DNA of 64,000 bases, taken from positions 3,744,001 through 3,808,000 of the forward strand of contig OZ257142.1 in NCBI GenBank assembly GCA_965279035.1, written 5' to 3'. The position numbers and the translations under genes are program-made. The notes under the pieces are model-generated. The model searched no databases, was not told where the DNA came from, and saw only the letters and a program-made list of their open reading frames with translations. Origin of the DNA: Bacteroidia bacterium (GTDB taxonomy: Bacteria; Bacteroidota; Bacteroidia; M30B66). Shown here in pieces: positions 50,649 to 59,962 of this stretch (position 1 is its first letter; each line of letters opens with the position of its first letter).

Positions 50649-51074
50649 ATGAAATTAATAAGTCATGTTTTAAATGGGTTGATCGTTTTGATTTCCACTG
50701 CAGGAAATGCACAAGGCATTGAAAAAACCTATCGTGGACAATGGGGAAGTAGTTTTTGGACCTTTGAATTTCATGAAGATAAAACCTACAAACGCACATC
50801 GGGCGGGCATTATGGAAATACGATTGTGGAAGGGAAATACAGGATATACAACGATACACTGGAAATAATAAATGGATTTGAGAATTCGAGTGGAACAATC
50901 AACCGCTATTATGTAATGGATGGGGATCGAATTATTGATTTAACACTCTTGTATGATTATACGATTGCAGAAGGGTTTCCAATCAGTTATAAGAATAAAC
51001 GAGTTCGTGTAAAAAATAAAGAAGGCGGCAAAGTTGAATACCACTATGTTCCTGAGAGTTTGTTGACCAAATAA
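50649..51074 (+). CDS. Hypothetical exported protein
   Basis: Signal-peptide-like N-terminus (GNA-Q); beta-rich body; no recognised family. Confidence 0.6.
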   Translation: MKLISHVLNGLIVLISTAGNAQGIEKTYRGQWGSSFWTFEFHEDKTYKRTSGGHYGNTIVEGKYRIYNDTLEIINGFENSSGTINRYYVMDGDRIIDLTLLYDYTIAEGFPISYKNKRVRVKNKEGGKVEYHYVPESLLTK

Positions 51075-51119
51075 TTGAATTATTTTGCCGTTCTTAATTG
51101 CTAATCGAAAACATATTTC

Positions 51120-51740
51120 ATGAAAAATAGCTTACTCATTTTTTGGATATTCTTCACTTGTGCATCGTTTGCGCAAACCAGAACTCATGGTGATAGTGCT
51201 TGGTACGAAGGCCGATATCGCTCTCAAGAAGAGATGAAAGAGATTCGAAAAAAAGAAGCAAAGGAAAGATTTGAAACCTGGTTTATGCCCGGATTGGGAT
51301 ATTCGATCTATCAACCCAAGCAAAGCGATTCTACTGGAAGTTTTTCGGGATTAACGGTTGAATATCTCATTTACGCCAATGTGGATATGAACGATGATCC
51401 GGGTCCAAGTCACGTTCGTGTGTATTCGAAATTGAATATTTTAAATAGCGATCGAAAGTCGATCAACTCGATGTTTATGTATACGATTGGATTGGACTTA
51501 TCTTTAGAGAAAAACCCGAAACGACAGTTTTTAATACCCTATTTCGGATTAGAATTTGGCGGAATGTCGCAAAAGCAATTTGGTACTGGAATTCAGTTTA
51601 CACCTACGTTTGGATTGCATCTTTTGTCAAAGAAAAACATGTTTATTAACATTCACGGAGGATATATTTACCCAATCAATAATTTCGAAATGTTACAAGG
51701 ATGGTACGGTCAAGCAGGCTTGAACTTCGCACTATGGTGA
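51120..51740 (+). CDS. Hypothetical outer-membrane beta-barrel-like protein
   Basis: Signal peptide; alternating aromatic strands (IPYFGLEFGG, INIHGGYIY); ends GLNFALW. Confidence 0.6.
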   Translation: MKNSLLIFWIFFTCASFAQTRTHGDSAWYEGRYRSQEEMKEIRKKEAKERFETWFMPGLGYSIYQPKQSDSTGSFSGLTVEYLIYANVDMNDDPGPSHVRVYSKLNILNSDRKSINSMFMYTIGLDLSLEKNPKRQFLIPYFGLEFGGMSQKQFGTGIQFTPTFGLHLLSKKNMFINIHGGYIYPINNFEMLQGWYGQAGLNFALW

Positions 51741-51895
51741 GAAATAAGTTGTGAATAAGGAAACATGATCATGAAATAAATAAAATCTGGATTCAATTTA
51801 AATGCAAAATGAATATGCATTTTGTTGCAATAAATATTTTAATTGCTTCGAGAAGAATATTTTCTAAGCTTAGAATTGGATAGAATACATTGAGT

Positions 51896-52324
51896 TTAAT
51901 AAACTTCCTCTTCCAATAGTTTTTCTTCTCTTTTCATTTTTCTATAGTGAAATAGTTGTTTTAATAAAGGCTGAATTAAATCTTCTCCTTTTTCGCGAAT
52001 TGCATCAGCATTTTTCGTTGTGACATTGGTAACAACTGATTGAGTAATGAATCCCAAAAGCATTCTTAATGGATTGATTGAATTCCCCCACAATGCTTTT
52101 TTAGCTAGTACTCCCGTAAGTGAACCAATAGCAAAATTGCCAATTCCATCCTTCATTTTTGGTAATTCCATGACATTTTGGAATGCTTTTTTGAGGATGT
52201 TCATAGGTTTTAATTCATCAACTATTTCTTGAAACTGAGCATTTAATTCTGTGAATTGAATATCCCGTGTCGATTCCAATTCAGTGATACGAATTTTTAA
52301 AGATTTAATTGAATCAGTTTTCAT
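51896..52324 (-). CDS. Hypothetical protein of the YtxH/holin-like stress cluster
   Basis: N-terminal coiled coil, LKPMN, GSLTGVLAKK, NPLRMLLG; last gene of the cluster. Confidence 0.7.
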   Translation of the reverse strand: MKTDSIKSLKIRITELESTRDIQFTELNAQFQEIVDELKPMNILKKAFQNVMELPKMKDGIGNFAIGSLTGVLAKKALWGNSINPLRMLLGFITQSVVTNVTTKNADAIREKGEDLIQPLLKQLFHYRKMKREEKLLEEEVY

Positions 52325-52386
52325 GTGACTAATTATTTAATAATTGATAAATAATTTTATTGCTAACGGGAATTTTAATAAATGAA

Positions 52387-53353
52387 TTGAATTAGTAGTT
52401 TAGTCAATATTGATTTCTTTAATAATTTAGGGCAATCAAAAGATACAATATGAATGCACAATTTAAAAGCCTTTCATTATTTGATTTTCAGGCTCAGTTT
52501 CCAAATCAAGAAAGTTGTTACGCATATTTGGCAAATTTGAAATGGTCAAATGGTTATTCCTGTCGACGATGTAAGAACAAAAACTTTTGTAAAGGCATTA
52601 GTCTTTACGAGCGGCAATGCACTGTTTGCAGGCATTTAGAATCGCCAACATCTGGAACACTGTTTCACAAATGTAAATTTTCAATTCTGAAGGCTTTTTA
52701 TATTGTTTTCTATGTATCAACTAGCAAGAAAGGAATAAGCAGTACTGAGCTAAGTAGAAAGCTTGATTTGGGGCAGAAGACTTGTTGGTTGTTTAAACAA
52801 AAGGTTATGAATGCAATGAAAAGCAGTAAGAAAAATCCAATGAAAGGGAAAGTTGATGTTGATGAAACATATGTTGGAGGACAAGATGATAAATCCATTG
52901 GAAGAAATGAAGGAAAGAAAAAAGTTGTAGTTCTAGCCATTGAAAAGAAATCAAGAGGCGTATCAAGATTCTATGGGAAAGTTGTGGCGACAGCTAACAA
53001 AAAGAATTTGAGTGAATTTATGAGGGATCATATTGCTCCCAATGCGAATGTTAGAACTGATAAATGGGCTGGATATAAAGGCTTGGAGTCTGAATTTCCG
53101 AACCTAATTCAAGAAAAGTCTGAGAAGAAAGGAAGGAATTTTAAAGAACTCCATCGAACAATAATGATGTTTAAAGCTTGGCTTAGAGGTGTCCATCATT
53201 CTGTTAGACATTTACAGCCTTATATTGATGAGTATACATATCGATTTAACAGGCATAAAATGAATGAAGGAATCTTCGAAAATCTAATGATGAGAATGGT
53301 AAAAGCAGAACCATATACTTATAAAATGATTATTGCTTAAATGACTAATTCAA
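52387..53353 (+). mobile_element. IS1595-family insertion sequence
   Basis: 23-bp imperfect terminal IRs (52387-52409; 53331-53353) and 8-bp direct repeat TAAATGAA at 52379-52386 and 53354-53361. Confidence 0.93.
52450..53340 (+). CDS. IS1595-family (ISXO2-like) DDE transposase
   Basis: N-terminal Zn ribbon (CRRC...CTVC), GISSTELSR HTH, VDVDETYVGG, RTDKWAGY, LQPYIDEYTYRFN. Confidence 0.95.
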   Translation: MNAQFKSLSLFDFQAQFPNQESCYAYLANLKWSNGYSCRRCKNKNFCKGISLYERQCTVCRHLESPTSGTLFHKCKFSILKAFYIVFYVSTSKKGISSTELSRKLDLGQKTCWLFKQKVMNAMKSSKKNPMKGKVDVDETYVGGQDDKSIGRNEGKKKVVVLAIEKKSRGVSRFYGKVVATANKKNLSEFMRDHIAPNANVRTDKWAGYKGLESEFPNLIQEKSEKKGRNFKELHRTIMMFKAWLRGVHHSVRHLQPYIDEYTYRFNRHKMNEGIFENLMMRMVKAEPYTYKMIIA

Positions 53354-53658
53354 TAAATGAATTTTTAAATATTAAAATAAAGAGTGTGACAAGCACATAG
53401 AAACAAGCAACTATAAAAAAACCATAATATAGTGTACCAAAAGCCGATCCGATCCAAATTGCAGCACCAATATTTATCATGGTTAAAACAATTAAAATGG
53501 ATACAAAAATTATAAGCCAACTAGCTAATGAAGAGAAAAGCTCCGCTGATTTTCCAATTGTTTTTAATTGTATTAATTCGACATTGGTTTTAGTATATTT
53601 TTCTCCTTTTTCAAAGAGTGATTCCATTAAAGTTGCTTGATTTTCCATGTGACATCTA

Positions 53659-54159
53659 TTATTGAACTGTATAATGAAATGTAATTGAAATACTACCATT
53701 CGTAATAGTTATGATATTATTTCCTCCCTGTGAAACAGGATTAAATGTACCAGTAGCAATTACTTCATCGGAACTTAGTAAATCAACATCAATCAATTGA
53801 TATTTCCACGTTTCATTTGTGAATTGTATATTGCTAATTGGCGTGAGTGAAGTAGCAAATACATCTGAAATTACATTGGTAGAATTATCAAATCCAGAAT
53901 TTGAATTCTTTCCGAAATTCAATTTTAAATCTGGACCTGATAAATCAATATCCCATTCTGTCCCAGCTGGATTAGTAGTAGGAACGTTGGAGATATCAAT
54001 TGTAGAAGCAAAGCGATATTGACATCCAACATTTTTCTTCGCATCAGAGTCATAATTGTTGGCTTGAATATCTGTACAGCCTTCTTTCTTTGTACAACTC
54101 GTTGTAAAAACGGTTCCAGTTGAAAGCAAAAATGCAACAATTAAATAATTTAATTTCAT
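53659..54159 (-). CDS. Hypothetical lipoprotein
   Basis: Lipobox TTSC followed by KKEGCTD...ANNY...A...GCQY. Confidence 0.7.
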   Translation of the reverse strand: MKLNYLIVAFLLSTGTVFTTSCTKKEGCTDIQANNYDSDAKKNVGCQYRFASTIDISNVPTTNPAGTEWDIDLSGPDLKLNFGKNSNSGFDNSTNVISDVFATSLTPISNIQFTNETWKYQLIDVDLLSSDEVIATGTFNPVSQGGNNIITITNGSISITFHYTVQ

Positions 54160-54183
54160 CCTATTTTTGAGATTAAGTGAATA

Positions 54184-54489
54184 TTATTTTTGAGCCATCT
54201 GTCCATCTTTTTCATGGATTTGATTTTTAAAATCAGATTTCATTTCTTGGGCTTTCATTTTCCCTTTATCCAATAAATCTTCAGCATTGTCTTTTACATC
54301 TGAATATTTACGTTCCATTTGATCTAAAAAATCATTGAATTTGCCGCGAAGATCATCGGTTAAATCTTCTCCTTTTGACATAATTTTTTTCCGTGTATTA
54401 ACTCCTTTATCGGGAGCAAATAAAATTCCTAAGAAAGCACCTGTGGCTAAGCCAGCAAGTACACCTAATACTACTTTTCCTGAATTCAT
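54184..54489 (-). CDS. YtxH domain protein
   Basis: LGVLAGLATGAFLGILFAPDKGVNTRKKI followed by a charged helix. Confidence 0.9.
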   Translation of the reverse strand: MNSGKVVLGVLAGLATGAFLGILFAPDKGVNTRKKIMSKGEDLTDDLRGKFNDFLDQMERKYSDVKDNAEDLLDKGKMKAQEMKSDFKNQIHEKDGQMAQK

Positions 54490-54883
54490 GATGTTTGTTT
54501 ATTAATTAGTTTGAATGGATTTATTTAAATTTTTCTTCCTAAAAAATTTAAGATTTATGTGCCTTTTTATTTTTAATGAATCGTCATTTTAATTCAAATG
54601 AATTGATTTAAACCAAGTATCATTTAGTATTGATTCACAAATTAATATTCAACTGGAGGAAATTTATTTTTAATATTTCCATTGAATCAAAGGTGATATT
54701 CAAATACTGAATTCATATTATATTTTACTCACTAAATATTACGCTATTCACACACTGAATTTAATTTTCGTAAAGCTGAATTTTAAATAGTAACGATGTA
54801 ATTCAGATACATTAAAATATGCTGGATTATTTAGAGTTTCAAATTCAGGAAATGATTTATAATGCAGGAAGTTTATCACTGTG

Positions 54884-54998
54884 TTGCGTGAGGGATGTGA
54901 AGGGCTTGGTCCCATTGGGACGGAAGCGAAGCGTACCCCGTAACAGCCCGACCTTGTTGATGTGAAGTGAAACGAAACAGCAATAAGGGCACGCCCAA
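54884..54998 (+). ncRNA. Flavo-1-like structured RNA/repeat, copy C
   Basis: TTGCGTGAGGGAT...AGCCCGACC-hairpin-GGGCACGCCCAA. Confidence 0.65.
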
Positions 54999-55001
54999 AA
55001 A

Positions 55002-55955
55002 TCAATGGGCCAGAGATGCTCGTTTTAAACGGTCGTTGATGGCTAAACCTAGTCCGATGTTGGGAACTGGTTCGGCGAGAATGAGATTTGTTGCACGCTC
55101 GTCGGCTAGACGCAAATAAGCAAACAAGTTGATAGCTGCTTCGGTGATGGAATTTTTTGGACTCAAAAGCAGTTGCAAATCCTTCGGATAATTATTCAAA
55201 AACTCGGAATAACGAATAAGAATTGGGGTTTCGGAACGATGAGTCTCGAGTAGTTCGGGGATGTTACCGAGTAGCATTTTCTTTCGTGGAGCATAATGCA
55301 CATCGAGCATTCCAGGTGCTTGAGGATTGGAACTATGCGAACGCAGTTGCACTTTTCCGACGACAGCTTCAATATCTTCGAGTGAAAGTCCACCTAAACG
55401 GAAAACGGTGATTTGCCCATCAACTAAGCCAACTATGGTGCTTTCGAGTCCCACGGAACAGTTGCCACCATCCAATATGAAGGGGATTTTTTCACCCAAT
55501 TGATCGTTCACATGTTGGGCAGTAGTTGGACTGATGTACCCAAACGGATTGGCACTTGGAGCAGCCAAAGGGAAATCGAGTTGCTTGAGCAATTGCAGTG
55601 TTAATGGGTGATTGGGAATTCGCACTGCTACATGAGGCAAACCGCTGGTCACTAAATCGGGAATGTTGGGTTTTCGTGGCAAAAGCAAAGTCAGCGGACC
55701 TGGCCAGAATTTTTCTGCTAAAGGCATGAGTGCATCCGGAATGGACTGAGCAAAATCGGAAATGCGTTCGATTGCCGAAATATGAACGATAAGTGGATCG
55801 AATGATGGACGCTGCTTGACTTCGAAAATTCGTGCAACCAATGCAGCATCGTATGCATTCCCAGCTAATCCATATACGGTTTCGGTTGGAATTCCAATGA
55901 TGTTGTTTTTCAGGTGAATTGCCGCCTGTTGAATATCCGACTGGATGATTGCCAT
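55002..55955 (-). CDS. L-threonylcarbamoyladenylate synthase (Sua5 type, with C-terminal domain)
   Basis: PTETVYGL, KQRPSFDPLIVH, FWPGPLT, AAPSAN, GLESTI, APGML...HYAP, GLGLAINDRL. Confidence 0.93.
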   Translation of the reverse strand: MAIIQSDIQQAAIHLKNNIIGIPTETVYGLAGNAYDAALVARIFEVKQRPSFDPLIVHISAIERISDFAQSIPDALMPLAEKFWPGPLTLLLPRKPNIPDLVTSGLPHVAVRIPNHPLTLQLLKQLDFPLAAPSANPFGYISPTTAQHVNDQLGEKIPFILDGGNCSVGLESTIVGLVDGQITVFRLGGLSLEDIEAVVGKVQLRSHSSNPQAPGMLDVHYAPRKKMLLGNIPELLETHRSETPILIRYSEFLNNYPKDLQLLLSPKNSITEAAINLFAYLRLADERATNLILAEPVPNIGLGLAINDRLKRASLAH

Positions 55956-56142
55956 GGGGCAAAGGTAATTGATGTGCTGGTGTGATGATTTGCTGGTGTG
56001 CTGTTTATTTCTCGGAAGGTTGTGACTGAAGGTTTATACTGATAGATCCTTTATGATCGGATTGAAAATTTGAAGATTTGGAGTTGGTGATTAAATAGTT
56101 GAAGCAACAAGTTGAGCATGTCAAAGCATGCTGATATGCTGG

Positions 56143-56402
56143 TGTGCTCCCTTCGACAAGCTCAGGGAGCAGGGTTTCTCTCCCAAAAGTCCGAACGCTG
56201 AGCCTGTCGAAGCATGCTGGTTAGTTAATGTGCTCCCTTCGACAAGCTCAGGGAGCAGGGTTTCTCTCCCAAAAGTCCGAACGCTGAGCCTGTCGAAGTG
56301 TGCTGGTTTGTTAATGTGCTCCCTTCGACAAGCTCAGGGAGCAGGGTTTCTCTCCCAAAAGTCCGAACGCTGAGCCTGTCGAAGCGTGCTGGTTAGTTAA
56401 TG
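56143..56402. repeat. Three tandem 86-bp BIME-like units
   Basis: Units start at 56143, 56229 and 56315; each has CTTCGACAAGCTCAG and the inverted CTGAGCCTGTCGAAG. Confidence 0.92.
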
Positions 56403-56440
56403 TAAACTTTAGTTCAATTAAATGCTACTTTTGAAAACAG

Positions 56441-56857
56441 ATGCGCGGCTTATTTTTCCTACTATTTCTTTTTGTTATAGGTGATGTGTGTGTGGCGCAG
56501 AGCGATGTGGACGCCTTGATTCTTGCTAAAGAAAAAGAGCATTTAAACGAGGGAAAAGCTACCGTATTTTTAAAACGTGAGGATTGGAAAAGTCTCGATC
56601 CATTGGTGCTTTCTGCTTTGTTGGTGTTGCAAGGGTACAAGACATTTGTTTCGGGCGATTTGGGATCGAGTTGTCGGTTCAATCCTAGTTGTTCGGCCTT
56701 TAGTGCAGCTATCATCCGACAAAAAGGATTTATTCCTGGAATACTATTGACAGCCGACCGACTTATTCGCTGTAATCCGCAAGCAGAATACGATCACAGT
56801 CAACATTTGATTAATCAGCAAACTGGCAAAATTGAAGATGAAGTGGCTGATTATTAA
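56441..56857 (+). CDS. YidD-like protein with an N-terminal signal peptide
   Basis: YKTFVS...SCRFNPSCS...GILLTADRLIRCN is the YidD Cys motif. Confidence 0.78.
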   Translation: MRGLFFLLFLFVIGDVCVAQSDVDALILAKEKEHLNEGKATVFLKREDWKSLDPLVLSALLVLQGYKTFVSGDLGSSCRFNPSCSAFSAAIIRQKGFIPGILLTADRLIRCNPQAEYDHSQHLINQQTGKIEDEVADY

Positions 56858-57602
56858 TTTGTGCTTGCTGTGCGGTAGTTTAAAAGCTTGTCCAGATAGC
56901 AGCGAAGTTGGTTTTTTAAAGCATTTAGCACAAGAACAACTATGGACAGAACGCATCGCATTCATAGATCAACATCGTTCTGATACCTGTTCGCGTTGGT
57001 TATTGGAACGAGCATGGACAGAAGCACAGCGTAAGCAAGAAAATAGGTGTGATTCTATTTTTCACAGTATTTCATTTTCAAGGGCACAAAGTCAGGGTTT
57101 TGGTGATTTCTACCGTTTGTATTTGTTTCGAACGCGCCAGTTAGAAAAGCTAAAGCAGGATAGTTTATTAGGTTCTGATGCTCGTTATTGTTTGTCTTTG
57201 TTGATTGAAAAAAATCCAGTTATGCAAATGGATAAACGCTTTGATCGACTTCATTCAATTCATACTGAATTTGTGAAACTGAAACATAAATCAGTATTGT
57301 TGGCTGGAATGTTTTCGATTATTCCGGGTTTTGGGAAATTGTATTGTGGTTATCACAAACAGGCGCAAATGAATTGGATTGTTCAAGGTGGATTGGGAAT
57401 TATTTTGACCGAAATCATCCTCGAAAAGGGCATTGACAATGGACTATTCTATTCTGCGGCTGCATTAGCAGGAACATTTTGGTTAGGTTCTATTTACGGA
57501 ACGATGCGTTCATTAAAAAAAGAAAAGAAAGACCGGCTCGATGCCTTATATCTGGAAATTACTGATCGTTTTTTATCTGCTTACGGGAATTACCCTTTCT
57601 GA
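56838..57602 (+). CDS. Hypothetical exported helical protein with C-terminal TM segments
   Basis: Signal peptide; KSVLLAGMFSIIPGFGKLYCG followed by hydrophobic segments; overlaps the YidD-like gene. Confidence 0.65.
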   Translation: MKWLIINLCLLCGSLKACPDSSEVGFLKHLAQEQLWTERIAFIDQHRSDTCSRWLLERAWTEAQRKQENRCDSIFHSISFSRAQSQGFGDFYRLYLFRTRQLEKLKQDSLLGSDARYCLSLLIEKNPVMQMDKRFDRLHSIHTEFVKLKHKSVLLAGMFSIIPGFGKLYCGYHKQAQMNWIVQGGLGIILTEIILEKGIDNGLFYSAAALAGTFWLGSIYGTMRSLKKEKKDRLDALYLEITDRFLSAYGNYPF

Positions 57603-58320
57603 AGTAAAAGCTCAGGATAAAAGCAGCATTCCAGCGGAATTACTTCGACTGGAACAATCGCTATGGAACGATTCGGTATCTCCTCAAACGAAAGCTCAAA
57701 CACAATTAGCCAAGCTTCAACTGTATGCTCTATTGCAGGATTGGAATGCCTTGTTAAAAGGTGCTAAATTGATTCAAACTTCACATCTTTCGGAAAATGA
57801 ACATGGGGAATTTGAACGTCTGTATCTCCTCGCCTATCTGCAAAACGGACAAACACATTTAGCATCTGCTCGCATAAAGAAATTTGTCCCACAGAACAGC
57901 GACACGAATTTAATTTTACTACGTGCGATGGTGCACATAGAGAATTATTATTGGGAAGGATTTGCTGAAGAATTGGGGAGAATAGACAGTATTTGGAAAA
58001 ACAAAGCTTTAGATATTGCTTCGATGCCCGAATATTCTGAAGATAAAGAAGCTCATTGGTTACCCGGATATTATTTCAAGAATGGACGATTTTTTAAAGG
58101 TGGAATATCGTTAGGAATTCATGCTTTGCCACCAGCGATTATCGCTTCTGCCATTTTAGTTAGTATTCCGATAAGTGGTTTTGTGTTGGGTGGATATTTA
58201 GGGTGGCGAATTTATGGTTCCGAAAAAGATGCTATTGAACAAGCTCATGAAAAAAGAAACCGGCAAGCCGTTCTTAAAAAACAACTTGCCGGTTATGATC
58301 TGCTGAAACAGATAAAATAA
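57541..58320 (+). CDS. Hypothetical exported helical (TPR-like) protein with C-terminal TM segments
   Basis: Signal peptide ending VKA-Q; helical middle; hydrophobic C-terminal hairpin. Confidence 0.6.
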   Translation: MPYIWKLLIVFYLLTGITLSEVKAQDKSSIPAELLRLEQSLWNDSVSPQTKAQTQLAKLQLYALLQDWNALLKGAKLIQTSHLSENEHGEFERLYLLAYLQNGQTHLASARIKKFVPQNSDTNLILLRAMVHIENYYWEGFAEELGRIDSIWKNKALDIASMPEYSEDKEAHWLPGYYFKNGRFFKGGISLGIHALPPAIIASAILVSIPISGFVLGGYLGWRIYGSEKDAIEQAHEKRNRQAVLKKQLAGYDLLKQIK

Positions 58321-58321
58321 A

Positions 58322-59929
58322 TTATTCGATTGTCATTCGACCAATACGATATTCAGATGCTTTTCCACGCGATGTGCAGCAGCCTTTTTTGGTATGTGAT
58401 GCATACACAATGGCTTTGCTTTTTCCCATACGATCGGCATCACGGAAACTCATAATATAATCGCGCTTTTTATCATATGGAATGATTCCAGCTGTTTCAT
58501 ACGTTCCATTTTCATTCATCGTAACCATCACTGGAATGGTATATTTTGCCGATTGTGGAGCAGCTTCTTTATCGTAATTCCCTTTCGTTAGATTATCGAT
58601 ATCATCGTTAAAAAAGATGTACAAATTATTATTGTATAACGTTGCGTAAAATGAATTGTACGCTCCACCATCATTGGTTGACACTTGCTTTTTAGGAATT
58701 ACATCTTGCCAAATAATTTCACCCTCGGGAGAAACATTCATAATTAAAATGTCATTATCGTGATAATAATAGGTAGTTGATGAAGCTCCATTTTGCGAAT
58801 ACGTTGTAACAACCACCACGTAATTTTCTTCAAACAATACATAACTACCACCATCGGGTTTTGCAATTACATCGCGCAAATCAATATTCGCCCGTAAATC
58901 CTGATTCCGTTTCTTTTTCGATTCACTGTTATTCATCTTATGAATAATCTCTGTCGAAAATTCCTGAGAATGCTCTGCTGAAATTTCTCCCGTTTTATAA
59001 TCCAACTTATAAAAGAAGGTTCCTTCGGCAGCTGAACGACGTTTCGTTTTACTAAAAGTTCCAACGCAATACGCATTTTGATCTTCATCAAATCGAAGGT
59101 TCAAATCACGAATAAATACATTTTTCAAATTCATTTCGAAATCCTTCACTGTTCCCTCAGCAATGTCAATATTCATTGCCTTTACAAGCACTTCGGGATC
59201 ATCTTTCTGACGTTCCTTTTTAGGGATGTAGATTTTGTACAAAGCCACCAATTTTTTGTCTTTGGTGAGATAATAATCATACATGTCGGCATTGCGATTC
59301 TCATACGGCATTTCAATTTCCACATTATGCAATGCTTCTAAATTAATGTCCCAGATTTTCACAATGAATTTATCGTTCTCGTCTTTTCCAGTTTTAGGTT
59401 GACGAAACATATAAATCATACTCGAATCTTGAGAAATTCCAAAGTAATGTGATACAGACCAACGACGTTCTTCGAACTGCTCAATTTCTCTCGAAGCATC
59501 CAAAGGAGAACCTTCTAAATCATATGATTGAGCATAGTATGTTTTGATTTTTTTATCTTTCATGTAATAGATAACTATCACTTTGTCTTTGATGATATAG
59601 AATCGTTCATAGTAGTAATCATAATTCTTTTTGTCTTTCTTCCGCTTATCAATGTCCTCGCGAGAGTACTTTTTGGCCTTGCCACCAATTTTCGCACTCT
59701 TACCTAATGTCAATTCACGATAGGTTTCTGGCTTCATGTCTTCTTCACTATATGAAACCAAGTAAACAACATCATTTTCGACACTTACAGAATACAAATG
59801 TCCATTCTTAGATCCGATGATGTATTTACCTTTATCAAAGGGTTTCAAATAATCGCTCCATGCTAAGTCAACTTGTGCAGACAAGATTCCTGATACTAAG
59901 AGTAAAAAAATGAGTAGATTTTTTTTCAT
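58322..59929 (-). CDS. Hypothetical exported beta-rich protein
   Basis: Signal peptide; long open frame; GEIIWQDVIPKKQ...LYIFFND segment; no confident family. Confidence 0.65.
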   Translation of the reverse strand: MKKNLLIFLLLVSGILSAQVDLAWSDYLKPFDKGKYIIGSKNGHLYSVSVENDVVYLVSYSEEDMKPETYRELTLGKSAKIGGKAKKYSREDIDKRKKDKKNYDYYYERFYIIKDKVIVIYYMKDKKIKTYYAQSYDLEGSPLDASREIEQFEERRWSVSHYFGISQDSSMIYMFRQPKTGKDENDKFIVKIWDINLEALHNVEIEMPYENRNADMYDYYLTKDKKLVALYKIYIPKKERQKDDPEVLVKAMNIDIAEGTVKDFEMNLKNVFIRDLNLRFDEDQNAYCVGTFSKTKRRSAAEGTFFYKLDYKTGEISAEHSQEFSTEIIHKMNNSESKKKRNQDLRANIDLRDVIAKPDGGSYVLFEENYVVVVTTYSQNGASSTTYYYHDNDILIMNVSPEGEIIWQDVIPKKQVSTNDGGAYNSFYATLYNNNLYIFFNDDIDNLTKGNYDKEAAPQSAKYTIPVMVTMNENGTYETAGIIPYDKKRDYIMSFRDADRMGKSKAIVYASHTKKGCCTSRGKASEYRIGRMTIE

Positions 59930-59962
59930 TCTGATTAGATTTGTTGCGAATATAAAACAAGC

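Larger units (their letters stand above)
52329..53648 (-). pseudogene. Holin-like two-TM membrane protein gene interrupted near its 3' end by IS1595
   Basis: The 5' part (53648 to 53354) continues in frame, after excising the IS, as ...KNSFIKIPVSNKIIYQLLNN* ending at 52329. Confidence 0.8.

Noticed and set aside
51896-54489. Prophage remnant suggested by the holin-like gene
   Set aside because: No endolysin, integrase or structural genes; the context is a YtxH-type stress cluster.
54748-55005. 85-aa ORF downstream of Sua5
   Set aside because: Overlaps the structured RNA-like element antisense; no protein-like features.
56128-56373. 81-aa ORF
   Set aside because: Translation of the 86-bp REP units.
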